Source of the DNA: a virus
Lineage: Duplodnaviria > Heunggongvirae > Uroviricota > Caudoviricetes
Reading direction: 5' to 3' (one strand)
DNA: 64,000 nucleotides
Virus record (IMG/VR): IMGVR_UViG_3300033121_001642
Location: 1 to 64,000 of that record
Shown: positions 1 to 10,500 of the stretch, piece after piece
How positions within the stretch are numbered: position 1 is the first letter of the stretch
Layout: each line of letters starts with the position of its first letter
Notes under the pieces: model-generated
The model's input: the letters and a program-made list of their open reading frames with translations, nothing else
Database searches by the model: none
What the model was told of the DNA's origin: nothing
Position numbers and translations under genes: made by a program

Positions 1-252
1 TTAGCTTCAAAAAGGGTTTTTAGGGTAGACGAAGAGTTTGACCCTAACAAGTTTGTACAACACTTTGTGGATAGGTACGGCGGAAGGTGGACTTTTGAAG
101 AAGCAAAGAAAGCTTTGATAAGAGGCTTTGGCAACAAGAGCATTAATATTATGAAGAACGAGCTATCTAGGCATGTATGGCCGAAGCAATTACCTGCGGC
201 TCTAAGATGGCTTGGTCGAGAATATCGAAACAAAACAAAGAATGTGGTATAA
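1..252 (+). CDS. hypothetical protein, 5'-truncated (reading frame open from nt 1 of window; stop at 250-252)
   Basis: Frame of ORF 67..252 has no stop back to position 1; C-terminal fragment only. Confidence 0.4.
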   Translation, partial: LASKRVFRVDEEFDPNKFVQHFVDRYGGRWTFEEAKKALIRGFGNKSINIMKNELSRHVWPKQLPAALRWLGREYRNKTKNVV

Positions 253-550
253 AATCGCGCAAAACAGAAATACAGGTTTTAAGGTTGTTGGCTTTGCCAA
301 TGGCAAGGCATATTCTTTAGCCAACCGCAGCCTTCAATATAGCTTGGTTATTGGCAGCATCGTTGGAGATACCTTCTTAGGAACGACAGAACAGTTCGTT
401 ATAGACTATTATAGCAACATGACGGACGGCCAAGAGCTTTTACTGACCTACTCGTATGACGTAGCTGATATAATATCAGGCGGCGATTCTGCGAATGGCG
501 GCGAGGTAAGGGTAAGCAAGGCAAGGCTTGAAAGCGTCAGACCTCTGTAG
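242..550 (+). CDS. hypothetical protein; likely true start ATG 242 giving N-terminus MWYKIAQNRN (WY-motif family)
   Basis: ORF 212..550; internal ATG at 242 reproduces the recurrent MWYK(A/I)A N-terminus seen at 1720. Confidence 0.45.
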   Translation: MWYKIAQNRNTGFKVVGFANGKAYSLANRSLQYSLVIGSIVGDTFLGTTEQFVIDYYSNMTDGQELLLTYSYDVADIISGGDSANGGEVRVSKARLESVRPL

Positions 551-1637
551 GAGCGTCGAACATAAGATTTCGCGCAACAGGAGGAATACCCTTTTGTTGG
601 TTTTGGGGAACTTGCGTTGGAGCGTTCTTAGGCGGCAACTGCAATCCAACCTCTCGAAGGTCCAAGTCCCACTCCTCAAACTCGGTAGCATTACTAAGAA
701 GGTCCATTGCTCTTCGGATCTCGCCCTTAGAGTCTTGGGTAACGTCAGTTATATAATCAAGCATATCTCCGGTTTGGTGAGCGGAGTTGATAATAATATT
801 GATTGTAGCTAGCGCCTGACCAATAGGTTGACGTTCAACGCTCTTGAGCATATTATAAGCATTCTCTATTCTTTGTCTTGTTTGGTCTATGCCTTGGGGC
901 TTCCAGAAGCCGTACCAAATAGGGAAACATAGGAACTGAGCAAACTCTATACATATTTCCTGTAGGTCATACGTTTGAGAAGCCATCTCAAGAAAAGTTG
1001 CTAGATCGCCTCCATACCAAGTATCAAAGTATTCGGAGAAAGACATTTCTTCGTAGCGTTGTTTTATTTCAGCTTCGATTTCTTCCTCGTCTCTTTGGTC
1101 GTCAGGGTTTCTATTGTTTTCATAAATAGCATTTTCGGTATCAGCTTCTATAAGTTCATACTTTGCAGCTTCAAACAATCTACTTAATACTTGAGCTTGA
1201 CCATTCTTAACAGGTTCGTCAAGTCGATGTAACTCTGGAGATATGTTAAACTTTTTTCTTTCTCTATGAATATCGCATTCGCTTGCGATCATATCAGCGA
1301 GGGATTGCGGGGAATCTCCGTCTATTTCAAACCATTCGGTAACTCTTTTGGTTGCCCAAGTTCGAGGGGTAAGGAGTGCGTGACCTGAAAGCCAGTTTTC
1401 AAAGACTGGAACGAGTATATCCACAAAGTCTGCGATAACAGTTCTTGCAGAGCCTTCTATTTGTTGAAGGATGTTTTGTAATCTTGTTGGATGGCCTTGA
1501 AAGTTATGATGTTGTAAGTATTGGTATTTATAGGTAAGCTCATAGAGGGCGTAGAGCATGCTAGATATGGAGTCTCTATTATAGTTGACGTTCCATATAG
1601 GCGTGGCTGCAAACTTTGCTCTAGAATACCAGTTCAT
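537..1637 (-). CDS. hypothetical acidic protein (366 aa), N-terminus MNWYSRAKF (WY-motif family)
   Basis: Long ORF; start codon context ATGAACTGGTAT identical to 6704, 7582 and internal 6301. Confidence 0.6.
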   Translation of the reverse strand: MNWYSRAKFAATPIWNVNYNRDSISSMLYALYELTYKYQYLQHHNFQGHPTRLQNILQQIEGSARTVIADFVDILVPVFENWLSGHALLTPRTWATKRVTEWFEIDGDSPQSLADMIASECDIHRERKKFNISPELHRLDEPVKNGQAQVLSRLFEAAKYELIEADTENAIYENNRNPDDQRDEEEIEAEIKQRYEEMSFSEYFDTWYGGDLATFLEMASQTYDLQEICIEFAQFLCFPIWYGFWKPQGIDQTRQRIENAYNMLKSVERQPIGQALATINIIINSAHQTGDMLDYITDVTQDSKGEIRRAMDLLSNATEFEEWDLDLREVGLQLPPKNAPTQVPQNQQKGIPPVARNLMFDAPTEV

Positions 1638-1705
1638 ACTACTATGTATCGAGAAACTATACTCTAATCCTTGATTGTTGAGAAAGGAAAGGCTGTTTAT
1701 ATTTC

Positions 1706-1719
1706 GATACTATAGTATC
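1706..1719. promoter_or_regulatory. Perfect 14-bp palindrome GATACTATAGTATC abutting the ATG of the 1720 gene; contains a -10-like TATAGT. Candidate operator in the divergent intergenic region.
   Basis: Read directly: gatacta|tagtatc immediately 5' of atgtggtat. Confidence 0.35.
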
Positions 1720-2199
1720 ATGTGGTATAAAGCCGCTAACGAGACTTTTGTAACCTTATATCATGGCACCAGCCGTGAGAACTATCTTTTAATGAAGAGG
1801 TCTGGAGTTTTGAGGAAATCGGACGTACCGAACCTTACGACGAGCAAAGAGTTAGCGAAGGCGTTTGGGAAGCAGTTCTTTGAGGGCGATGAAACGGTCA
1901 TACTTTCTTTTGTACTTCCGCGAAATTTAATAGAAGGGCATGTTGGTACTGTAGTAACGACGGTTAGCGACATTCCAATGAAGTATATGAAGGGTATTGA
2001 GAAGTTTGACAGTTTGGACGCTTCGATAGGGAAGCCGGCGGACATAAGGCATAGGTTAGATATTAGTCAGCAAGTTGAGGGGTGGACGGCGGAGCAAGAG
2101 CGTATGGCGGTTGAGAAGATGAGGGAGTTGGAGAGGAATCCTAAAGCTTATATACCTGCGTGGATGAGGAACGACAATCGGTTTAGAGGAAAAGTGTGA
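1720..2199 (+). CDS. hypothetical protein; probable start at ATG 1720 (MWYKAANETF...)
   Basis: ORF 1675..2199; ATG 1720 gives the WY N-terminus; no recognisable domain. Confidence 0.55.
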   Translation: MWYKAANETFVTLYHGTSRENYLLMKRSGVLRKSDVPNLTTSKELAKAFGKQFFEGDETVILSFVLPRNLIEGHVGTVVTTVSDIPMKYMKGIEKFDSLDASIGKPADIRHRLDISQQVEGWTAEQERMAVEKMRELERNPKAYIPAWMRNDNRFRGKV

Positions 2200-4583
2200 A
2201 AAAATTAAGGAATTATACCTCTGGGAAATTTTTTCGTGCGAGCATGGCGGCGTTCGACGAGAAGGGGTTTAGCGGGATGGACTGGTTGAAGAAAGCGAGC
2301 AATATGAAGAAGAAGGCGAACGGCCCATGTCCGTTATGCGGCTCTCCCATGACAAAGAGGAAGGGGCCGTTTGGCGAGTTTTTTGGATGCAATAGATATC
2401 CTCAATGCAAAGGAGTAAGGAAGCTTAATGAAGCTCCTGCCGCTCCTCAGCAGCCGCAAGCTCCCCAACCTCGTCCGCCGCAGGCTGCTATGCCGCAGCC
2501 TGAAAAACAGAGAACATGGATTCTTGCAACAATGATTGCAACTGGCGAGCCTATTGTTGCTGCCAAGGGAGCAACAGGATGGGATTATCAAACAGAAAAT
2601 GGCGACTTTGGAACAATCCCAAACGCCGAAGTTGCAAAAACTATTAAGTCGGTTGAAGAAAACGGGCAAAAAGTTTCAGGAACTAATCCTGCAATTTTAT
2701 TCAACAAATATCATCAACTCAATCCTAAAGTTCAAGAAGCTGAACAACAGGCGGAAGCTCCTGGGCGAATACCCGCTAACAGAATAAGTCCCCAACAAAA
2801 AGATATTGAGAACTCATTTCTTAATACGCCTCAAAGCATCATGATTAATGCTCTTGCTGGATCTGGTAAAACAACCATGCTGCGTCACTTGGCAAGCTTT
2901 AAGCCGCCTGGCGAAAAGTGGCTATACTTGGTGTTCAATAAGAAGAACCAAGTTGAAGCCTCTACGGGCAAGGGTAGGTTCCCAAATGGCGTTGAAGTCA
3001 AGACGAGCCATAGTTTCCTTGGACAGGTGCTGGGTCGAAGCGCTGAGCTTAATATGGTTCAGCATACGGACCTGTGGAACGACTTTGGCGAACGTATTAC
3101 TCAAATTCTTGACCACATGATGGAAAGAGACAACACGTTTCCTCAATCTGTAAAATACGTTGCAAAGCAAACGATCAAACATCTTGCCTCTTTGAGCAAG
3201 GCTTTTGCGGTTCATCCTCAATCGCAAAACGCCGCTCAGCAAATGTCTGAGATTATCAGACAGTACAATATTGATACAGACCTGTCTCCTAACAAGGACA
3301 AAAATCCAAACGCAGCAGGGGTGAACTATGCGCCTCAAATCATAGACAAAGCTCTTGACTTGTTACATTATTGTTTGCCCGGAAATGCGCCAACTCCAGA
3401 ACTTAACTCTATGAGAGACCATGACGATACGCTATGGTACTCTGCAATCAACGATGTAAAGTGGCCTCGCTTTGACGTAGTTTTGGCAGACGAAGTTCAA
3501 GACTTCAATACTTGTCAAACGATTATGTTGCAGAAACTATCTCAGGCAGGCGCAAGAGTTATTGCGGTAGGCGACCCAAATCAAGCTATCTATATGTTTA
3601 GAGGCGCTGACGCTCAAGCTTTCCAGAAAGTTCAAGGCGTTCTTGGTCAAGCTCCAAATGGCAATGTTCCTCATGAACTTCCTGTTAACTACAGAAGCGG
3701 AAGAGCGATTATCAAATATGTCAACGAGAAAACTCATGTTAAGAACTTACAAGCCGGCAAGGACTTTGACGGTCAAGTAACCGAAGGCCGCAAGGTTGAA
3801 GAAGCTATGGGCGATATTTTCAATGAGAAGAAGCAAAGGAACAGGCTTGCGGAACAAACGGCATTTATTGCGAGAACAAACTCTCCTCTTGTCAAGACCG
3901 CCCTTGAGCTTATGAAGAATAATGTTGAGTTTGTCATTATTGGTAGAGACTTCTCGAAAGAACTTGTTGACCATATTCAGAAGATAACTGGCAAGGGCAG
4001 AATGGCGAAGAAGATTTCTATACGATTCCTTGGCGAAACAATTAATAACTTCCTAAGCGAAAGAGAAACGGCATGGAAGGGCAAGATTGCAAGAGAGTCT
4101 GAACTTAAGGATATGAAGGCAACAACCGAGGCTTTGAGCAATGTTATTGAGTATCTATCTGCTTCTGGCTATAGAGACCCTCAGCTAAATATGAGAGTTG
4201 ACGACAGTACGAGCTTTATTGAGTATATTAAGAAGAAGTTCGCCGGTGTCAACATGGATGATGCGGAAGAAGCAGAAGCCTTGAAGAAGAAAGACCCTTT
4301 ATCATATGTAACCCTTACTTCTGCGCATAGATCTAAAGGCTTAGAGTTTGATAGAGTCTTTATTCTTGAACCAAATCTCTTTCCTCATCCTAAGGCAAAA
4401 ACGCCCGAGGAACTTTTGCAAGAAGAGAATGCAAAGTATGTTGCATATACAAGAGCGATGAAGAGTTTGCATGTTCTTGCTCCAAGCAAGGAAGAAAAGA
4501 AAGAAAGAAGAGAGGCCTCTTCCAAGGCTGGTTGGTATATCAAGGCAAAGAGTACCAAAAAGAAAAGGAAGAAGAAAAAGTGA
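2196..4583 (+). CDS. UvrD/PcrA-like SF1 DNA helicase with N-terminal topoisomerase-type C4 zinc ribbon and P/Q-rich linker; C-terminus GWYIKAKSTKKKRKKKK
   Basis: CPLCGS..GCNRYPQCKG Zn ribbon; Walker A ALAGSGKTT; motif II LADEVQDFN; motif III GDPNQAIYMFRGA; motif IV NYRSG; motif VI TSAHRSKGLEFDRV; GTG start overlapping upstream stop (GTGTGA). Confidence 0.85.
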   Translation: MKKLRNYTSGKFFRASMAAFDEKGFSGMDWLKKASNMKKKANGPCPLCGSPMTKRKGPFGEFFGCNRYPQCKGVRKLNEAPAAPQQPQAPQPRPPQAAMPQPEKQRTWILATMIATGEPIVAAKGATGWDYQTENGDFGTIPNAEVAKTIKSVEENGQKVSGTNPAILFNKYHQLNPKVQEAEQQAEAPGRIPANRISPQQKDIENSFLNTPQSIMINALAGSGKTTMLRHLASFKPPGEKWLYLVFNKKNQVEASTGKGRFPNGVEVKTSHSFLGQVLGRSAELNMVQHTDLWNDFGERITQILDHMMERDNTFPQSVKYVAKQTIKHLASLSKAFAVHPQSQNAAQQMSEIIRQYNIDTDLSPNKDKNPNAAGVNYAPQIIDKALDLLHYCLPGNAPTPELNSMRDHDDTLWYSAINDVKWPRFDVVLADEVQDFNTCQTIMLQKLSQAGARVIAVGDPNQAIYMFRGADAQAFQKVQGVLGQAPNGNVPHELPVNYRSGRAIIKYVNEKTHVKNLQAGKDFDGQVTEGRKVEEAMGDIFNEKKQRNRLAEQTAFIARTNSPLVKTALELMKNNVEFVIIGRDFSKELVDHIQKITGKGRMAKKISIRFLGETINNFLSERETAWKGKIARESELKDMKATTEALSNVIEYLSASGYRDPQLNMRVDDSTSFIEYIKKKFAGVNMDDAEEAEALKKKDPLSYVTLTSAHRSKGLEFDRVFILEPNLFPHPKAKTPEELLQEENAKYVAYTRAMKSLHVLAPSKEEKKERREASSKAGWYIKAKSTKKKRKKKK

Positions 4584-6700
4584 GTTGGTTTACTCGCATA
4601 GCTGACATCAACTATCAGTCCTTGGGTTTTGACCAGGCTGCTGAATCTTATTTAAGAAGCTTAGACAATTGGGACCGAGGAACCGCTGTTGAATTATCAA
4701 AACTAACCGGAGCGAAAAGGGCTAATCAACTAGAGTTCCACCTCAATAACTACAAAGGATTTTTGTCTAATATTCAGGGTAAGATACCGAATCGTTTCTT
4801 ATTTCCAGTATATGGGTGGCTAAGTCGTGGCGTAATAAGATTACCTGAAGATTTGGGTAGATTAGCAAGAGCTTTGGCTGTTTTTACGCAACAAAATAAC
4901 AAGTTTCAGCTAAAGAATATACAGCAGTATCCTTCTCTTGGAGACCTTGAAGAAGCTGTTAGTAAGGTTACTGGCGTTAATGAAGAAAGCAAGCGCCAAG
5001 TTGCCAAAAACATAAAGATGCAAGGTAGTAGAGAGATCTACCGAGACGAAGAATGGCGCGTTATTGAGATGACGACTCCCGAAGCTGTTTGCGAACTTGG
5101 CAAGGGAACAAAGTGGTGTACAAACGCTGATAATGACGGTCTTGAAAATGCTCAAATGTATTTGAAGAGCGGTCCTTTGTTCTTGTTTTTGCATAATGAG
5201 GGCGGCAAGTGGCAGAAGTACGCTCAAGCAACGAAAGACCTAGATCAAGTAATGGACATTCTTGATAAGCCCATAAATGAGCCTCCTCAGTCTTTTATTG
5301 AAGTTCTCAAAAAGCTTGTTCAGCTTGGTCATATTAAAGACGAGAATTTCTTTGGCAATTATGCTAAAAAGGTTTCTTATAAAGGCGCTGACGTTGATTT
5401 TGCAAACTATTTTGAAAAGCAACTTAAAGAAAATGACGGAGATTTTCCTTCTTATGCCTTTAGAGATATAATTGATTATGTAGAAGAGTTTGGAAGGCTG
5501 GGCGCGGTTGAAGAAAAGATTATCTTTAAGCCAATTCTTTCTGACAAAAAGATGATTAAAAACTATGGAGTGACTAACGGTTCTCGTATTGAAGAATATC
5601 TTGACAAAGTTCTTCAACGAGGTCTTCGTTGGACAGAAGAGCGTCATGAGGGTCATATTGCAAACTCAACATATGCTCACGATTACTGGAAAGACAGATA
5701 CTCAAACTATAATTTTGGAGAAGGCAAGCCCGGAAATGGAGATTATTCTGTTTGGCCTGAGTATGAGGCTGCGATGCTTAGCAACCCTCGTCGCGCCGAC
5801 GAGTTGGTTAGCTATCTTTGGAACCTAAACGGAAACAAGAGGGCAGAAAAACGATTTGAAGATTACTTACTCAAGGCCGGTCAAGAAAGTCAAGATTATG
5901 AACATGCTATAAACTACGCTAAAAACTGCAATTTTAGATGGTCTGAACTTGAAAAGGCTATTATTCAAAGCGGTAAATTGTGGGATATGTACCAGTATGC
6001 TAAAGAGACTATAAACGGTAGATGGCCTGAAGTAGAGCCTTATTTTCTCAGCGACAAATGGGGAGGACTATCTGATGCTTTGTATTACGCTAGAGACGTT
6101 CTAAAACAAAGATGGCCTGAGCTTGAACAAAAAATCATGGAACTCAAAAATGGATGGGCTGCCGGTCAGTATGCCGTTTTGATTATGAAGGCAAGGTGGC
6201 CTGAAATGGAGCCTTATATTTTGTCTGGCAAAGACAAAGCGGTTCCAATCTATTATGAAAAGAACCTTGGAATATCAACAAGCAAAAATGCCCGTTCCGA
6301 AATGAACTGGTACAAAAAAGCTCAAAGACAGAAGGTTTATGATCTAGACGATAGCTACACTAATATTGGTCATTCTGGTCTTAGCGAAGGCATATATGGA
6401 TGTAACTACATTTGGGTTTTTTACAAGAACGGCTCGTTTAAACATACAAAAGAAACAAGCCTAATAAACAGTCACGAGATATGGAAAATTAGAGGCGAGA
6501 TATCAAGCGATTATATTTACAAAGGAAGAGTTGATATTTGTAATAAAATTGCAAGTCTAACAGCTTGCGATGTATGTTTTGAATCAATTGGAGTTCCCAC
6601 GAACGCTGCGAGAGAAATGTTTTGCATCAGAATGAAAGAAGTATGTAAAAACGCTATTTATCAAGTATTTGGAAATGATATTACAATAAGAGAGTTTTAG
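4580..6700 (+). CDS. hypothetical protein with three tandem ~40-aa 'RWPE(V/L/M)E' repeats; probable GTG start at 4580 ((M)SWFTRIADI...) overlapping the UvrD stop (GTGA). Contains an internal MNWYKKAQ motif ~135 aa from the C-terminus.
   Basis: ORF 4532..6700; GTG 4580 gives a WY-family-like N-terminus SWF; repeats RWPEVEPYFL / RWPELEQKIM / RWPEMEPYIL. Confidence 0.6.
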   Translation: MSWFTRIADINYQSLGFDQAAESYLRSLDNWDRGTAVELSKLTGAKRANQLEFHLNNYKGFLSNIQGKIPNRFLFPVYGWLSRGVIRLPEDLGRLARALAVFTQQNNKFQLKNIQQYPSLGDLEEAVSKVTGVNEESKRQVAKNIKMQGSREIYRDEEWRVIEMTTPEAVCELGKGTKWCTNADNDGLENAQMYLKSGPLFLFLHNEGGKWQKYAQATKDLDQVMDILDKPINEPPQSFIEVLKKLVQLGHIKDENFFGNYAKKVSYKGADVDFANYFEKQLKENDGDFPSYAFRDIIDYVEEFGRLGAVEEKIIFKPILSDKKMIKNYGVTNGSRIEEYLDKVLQRGLRWTEERHEGHIANSTYAHDYWKDRYSNYNFGEGKPGNGDYSVWPEYEAAMLSNPRRADELVSYLWNLNGNKRAEKRFEDYLLKAGQESQDYEHAINYAKNCNFRWSELEKAIIQSGKLWDMYQYAKETINGRWPEVEPYFLSDKWGGLSDALYYARDVLKQRWPELEQKIMELKNGWAAGQYAVLIMKARWPEMEPYILSGKDKAVPIYYEKNLGISTSKNARSEMNWYKKAQRQKVYDLDDSYTNIGHSGLSEGIYGCNYIWVFYKNGSFKHTKETSLINSHEIWKIRGEISSDYIYKGRVDICNKIASLTACDVCFESIGVPTNAAREMFCIRMKEVCKNAIYQVFGNDITIREF

Positions 6701-6703
6701 AGC

Positions 6704-7585
6704 ATGAATTGGTATAAATTATCCAACGGATTTGTTATAGAAGGCCCTTTTGACGGTAGCGGGCATATGACATCTGACGATCCGTCCATTATCTTTGAAG
6801 CAAAAATAGGCAAAGAGTCTATTGGCTATATTCTTGTTGTTATGCCAAAAAACAAGAACCCTTATGTTGGTCAAGTTACTGTTAAACCAGAAAATAGGCT
6901 AAATGGAGTTGCTACGGCTTTGTATAATAGAGTTGATTATTATTTACGAGAAAACGGTATTTTGCCATTAAATCCGTCTAGAGACCTATCTCCTGGTAGT
7001 CGTAGAATTTGGGATAAGAGATTAGGCAAAGGGATTGGCAAAGAAAGCCAAAGACTTTCTCCGCAACAAATCAATTTATATCATAATTTCAAATCGCCGT
7101 CTGGCGTTAAGCTTATTGGCAGCGGGGTGAGCGCTATTTTTCAAGTTCCAGGCATAAATCAAACACTCAACGGCGCTCAGCTTATGAATCAAGTTATTGG
7201 AAGAATACAAAAAGTTCTTGTACAAAATAATGTTCACACTATAGATACAAGTCCCGTCTCCCGATCTGACGCTATCGGTTTGGCTATTAGTTCTGAACCT
7301 GGAATCATTCATGTTGATATAGCAAAAATATTTAATACGATCAAAAATCAAGCTTTACCCTCTATTACTCAGCTTGATGGCGTAGAGGTTGATAAAGATA
7401 TTCAAAATGATATAATTGATAAAATTTCAAACTATATAACAAATCAATTGGCAAACACCACGGCGCATGAATCAAAACATAATATGGATTATTTTAATAG
7501 TTTTCCAAAAGGTCGGTTTGAATCTTCTGAAAGCGGTGCAGAGGGTTTTGGTAATCAAATTTCAAATCAATATTTCAAACTATGA
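6704..7585 (+). CDS. hypothetical protein, N-terminus MNWYKLSNGF; possible GNAT-like fold (VTVKPENRLNGVATALYNRV)
   Basis: ORF; GNAT motif-A-like R-x-x-G-x-A; WY start. Confidence 0.6.
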   Translation: MNWYKLSNGFVIEGPFDGSGHMTSDDPSIIFEAKIGKESIGYILVVMPKNKNPYVGQVTVKPENRLNGVATALYNRVDYYLRENGILPLNPSRDLSPGSRRIWDKRLGKGIGKESQRLSPQQINLYHNFKSPSGVKLIGSGVSAIFQVPGINQTLNGAQLMNQVIGRIQKVLVQNNVHTIDTSPVSRSDAIGLAISSEPGIIHVDIAKIFNTIKNQALPSITQLDGVEVDKDIQNDIIDKISNYITNQLANTTAHESKHNMDYFNSFPKGRFESSESGAEGFGNQISNQYFKL

Positions 7586-10500
7586 ACTGGTATTACGATC
7601 AAATTATTAAAGAAAGCGCAATGGGAGACAATTCTGTTGAAGCTTTTCTTGCGCGAATTGGAGTTCCCGAAGAAACAATAAGTTATGTTACAACCATAAC
7701 AAACCCAGAGTTGAAGCAGCAAGTTGTTGGTTATTTGCGCAAGTTCCCTCAAACTCCTTCGGTATTGTTGATGGACAAACTTAGGCCGCAAAATCAACCT
7801 CAGCAAAACCCAAATACTCCTCAAGAAGTTCAACTTGCCAATAGGTTTCAGAACCTTGAGTTTCAGAAGTGGTTACTTGTTGCTTTGAGAAAAGCAAGAA
7901 ATGAATATCAGATCAAAAAGAAGCCTGACGGCATTGCTCTTACAGGAGACGGATATTCAATTCCAGGTCGAGGAAATGTCAACTTTACTTTGATACCAGA
8001 TATTGCTCAGAGTATATTTGACTGGTATGTAAGAGGCGTTCTTCCTGCAAGGCAAGCTTTTCAAGCTGCTCAAACACCAGAAGAGCAGGCTGTTGTTGTC
8101 AACGAATACGGTGTAACGAATGCAAATACCAACCTTGCTGGGCTAACGCTTGACCAAGCGGATCGGTTTGCAGAAAACTGGCATGATGTTATTTCTGGAG
8201 AAGGCGAAGGGCTTGAATATTACGGCGAAAAAAGAGAAGACATAGTATATGGCCCTCAATGGAGTAGACCAGAATGGGCTGGTTGGACAATTAAACAAGT
8301 TGTAACAAAGAACAACCTAAGAACTGAAGGCGGCAAGATGGGACATTGTTTTGCTGAAGGTTCTTTAATAAGAACCAAAAAAGGATTTATTCCTATTGAA
8401 GATATAGAAACAGGAGATTTTGTTCTTGTTGAAGATGGAAGTTTTCAAAAAGTAACAGAAAAATTTGAAAGAGAATATAATGGAGAAATTATAAAATTAG
8501 AAACAAGACTTGGGGTTGAACCTGTTTTTGTTACGCCAGAACACTTGTTTTTATCCTTAAAATCAAACCATAAAGGCAACAAATCTTGTAAACTTCATAC
8601 TTGCGGATCATTGTGCAGAAATAATAAACCAGAAGAAAAACACAATATTGAATGGCAACCTATTGAGTCCTTAAAAGATTCGTATATTTTATCCAGAATT
8701 CCAAAAGAGTTCGAAGATATAAATGAACTTATCATACCTAATCATTGTATTGTAAACAAATCAAAAGGCGATAAAAAATACAAATGCGATAAAGATTTAT
8801 TGTGGATTTTTGGCATATACATAGCAGAAGGATCAAATGACGGTGATAAACTCAGTTTTGCTCTTGCAAAAAAAGAAACAGACTATGCTAATAAAATAAT
8901 ATCTTTCTTCTCAAAGGCGGGATTTTCTGCTCGTATAAGAAAAGATAAAGAAAATTACGGCGGTCTTGTTGTTTTAGTAAATAGTAGAATGCTGTGCAGG
9001 TGGTTCTCTGAAATGTTTGGATGTGGTTGTAATAATAAAAAAATACCCTCAAAATTACTTAATTTACCTAATGATAAGATTTTTCATATTTGGCAAGGAA
9101 TATTTGACGGCGATGGATGTAAAAACAGAAACATATTACATCAAACCTCAAAAGAACTTGCTCTACAAATGACAGAGATATCTCTTAGGCTTGGTGGTTT
9201 GCCTTCTTTGTCAAGAAAAGATAATAGCAAAAGAAACAGAAAAACAGCATATGTTCTTGAAGGAGCAGATGCTAGAGTTGAAAGAAATTCTCGGAAAAAA
9301 CACTTTTGGATACACAAAAAAGAAGTTTTAGTAAAACCAATTTGCCATGAAAAAGTAAATTTTAAAGGCAAAGTTTACAACATAGAGGTCGAAGGTATCC
9401 ATTCTTATGTTGTTCAGCACCTTGTTGCTCATAATTGCGTCGGAAGCTATTGCGACGATGTTTTGAAAGGTAATACGAGAATTTTCTCGCTTCGAGACCC
9501 GTCTAATACTCCGTATGTAACGATGGAAGTTGACCCTAAAAGCTGGACTTTTAGACAAATTTATGGCGACGGGCCTAAAACAGGAAACGTTGAGCCAAGC
9601 GACAACTCAAAAGCGATGATTGGCGAGTGGATGAAGACTCTTAAGGGCGCTTCTATTGAGGGCATGAATGACTTTGATTACAGCGATCTTAGTTACGGAA
9701 GCATGGACGACGATCTTGAAAGAGCTATATACAAAGGAGCAGAAGGTTATGGCTTGCCCATTTCTCTTACGGGATGGGAGTATCAAGACGCATACGAAGC
9801 TGTTTACAACAAGCTCAATAATGACCGAGGATATCGCAATGACGGCGGATATCAAACGCATCATGTTTCAAAGGTTCTAGCTAGAGCCGCTGTTGACTCT
9901 GATATACAAAAACTAAACGAAGGGCTTATTGATGAAGCTCGAATGAAAAAGATAGCGCTAGATTGGGCGCATAAGACTCCAAAGCATCATGTTATGAAGA
10001 AAGAGCATTTTGACAGAATGACTCCTGAAAACAAAAGAGAGTATCTGAAGGAATATTTACCAGAAGCTGCCGCTTCAGTTAAAAGAGAAACAGATCAAGC
10101 TCTAAAAGACAAATGGCAAGGATGGGAAAGATATACGAGTCCTCAAGCTGTTGAACAAAAGACGCTTGAAAGGGCTTATTACAATATGAGTCAGGCTAAA
10201 GAGTTTGATTATTCCAAGCTAAAAAGCTTTGATCAACTAGACGAGAAGAATCAAAAAAGGTTTATGGCTCAAGTTCTTGACGCTCAATTTCAAATTGCGC
10301 AAATTTATGAAAAGCGGCAAGAAAACGACGAAAATTTCTACGATTATTATAATGATGATTATTTAGAGCTTCCAGAAGAGCCCGTGGAAGATGACTTTTC
10401 AGATCCCGAAGAATATCAAAAAGCTGTAAGCGAATGGGAAGACGAAAGGCAAAGAATTGAAGACGAAGCCGCCGACTCTCATAGGAAGGAAAACCTTCCA

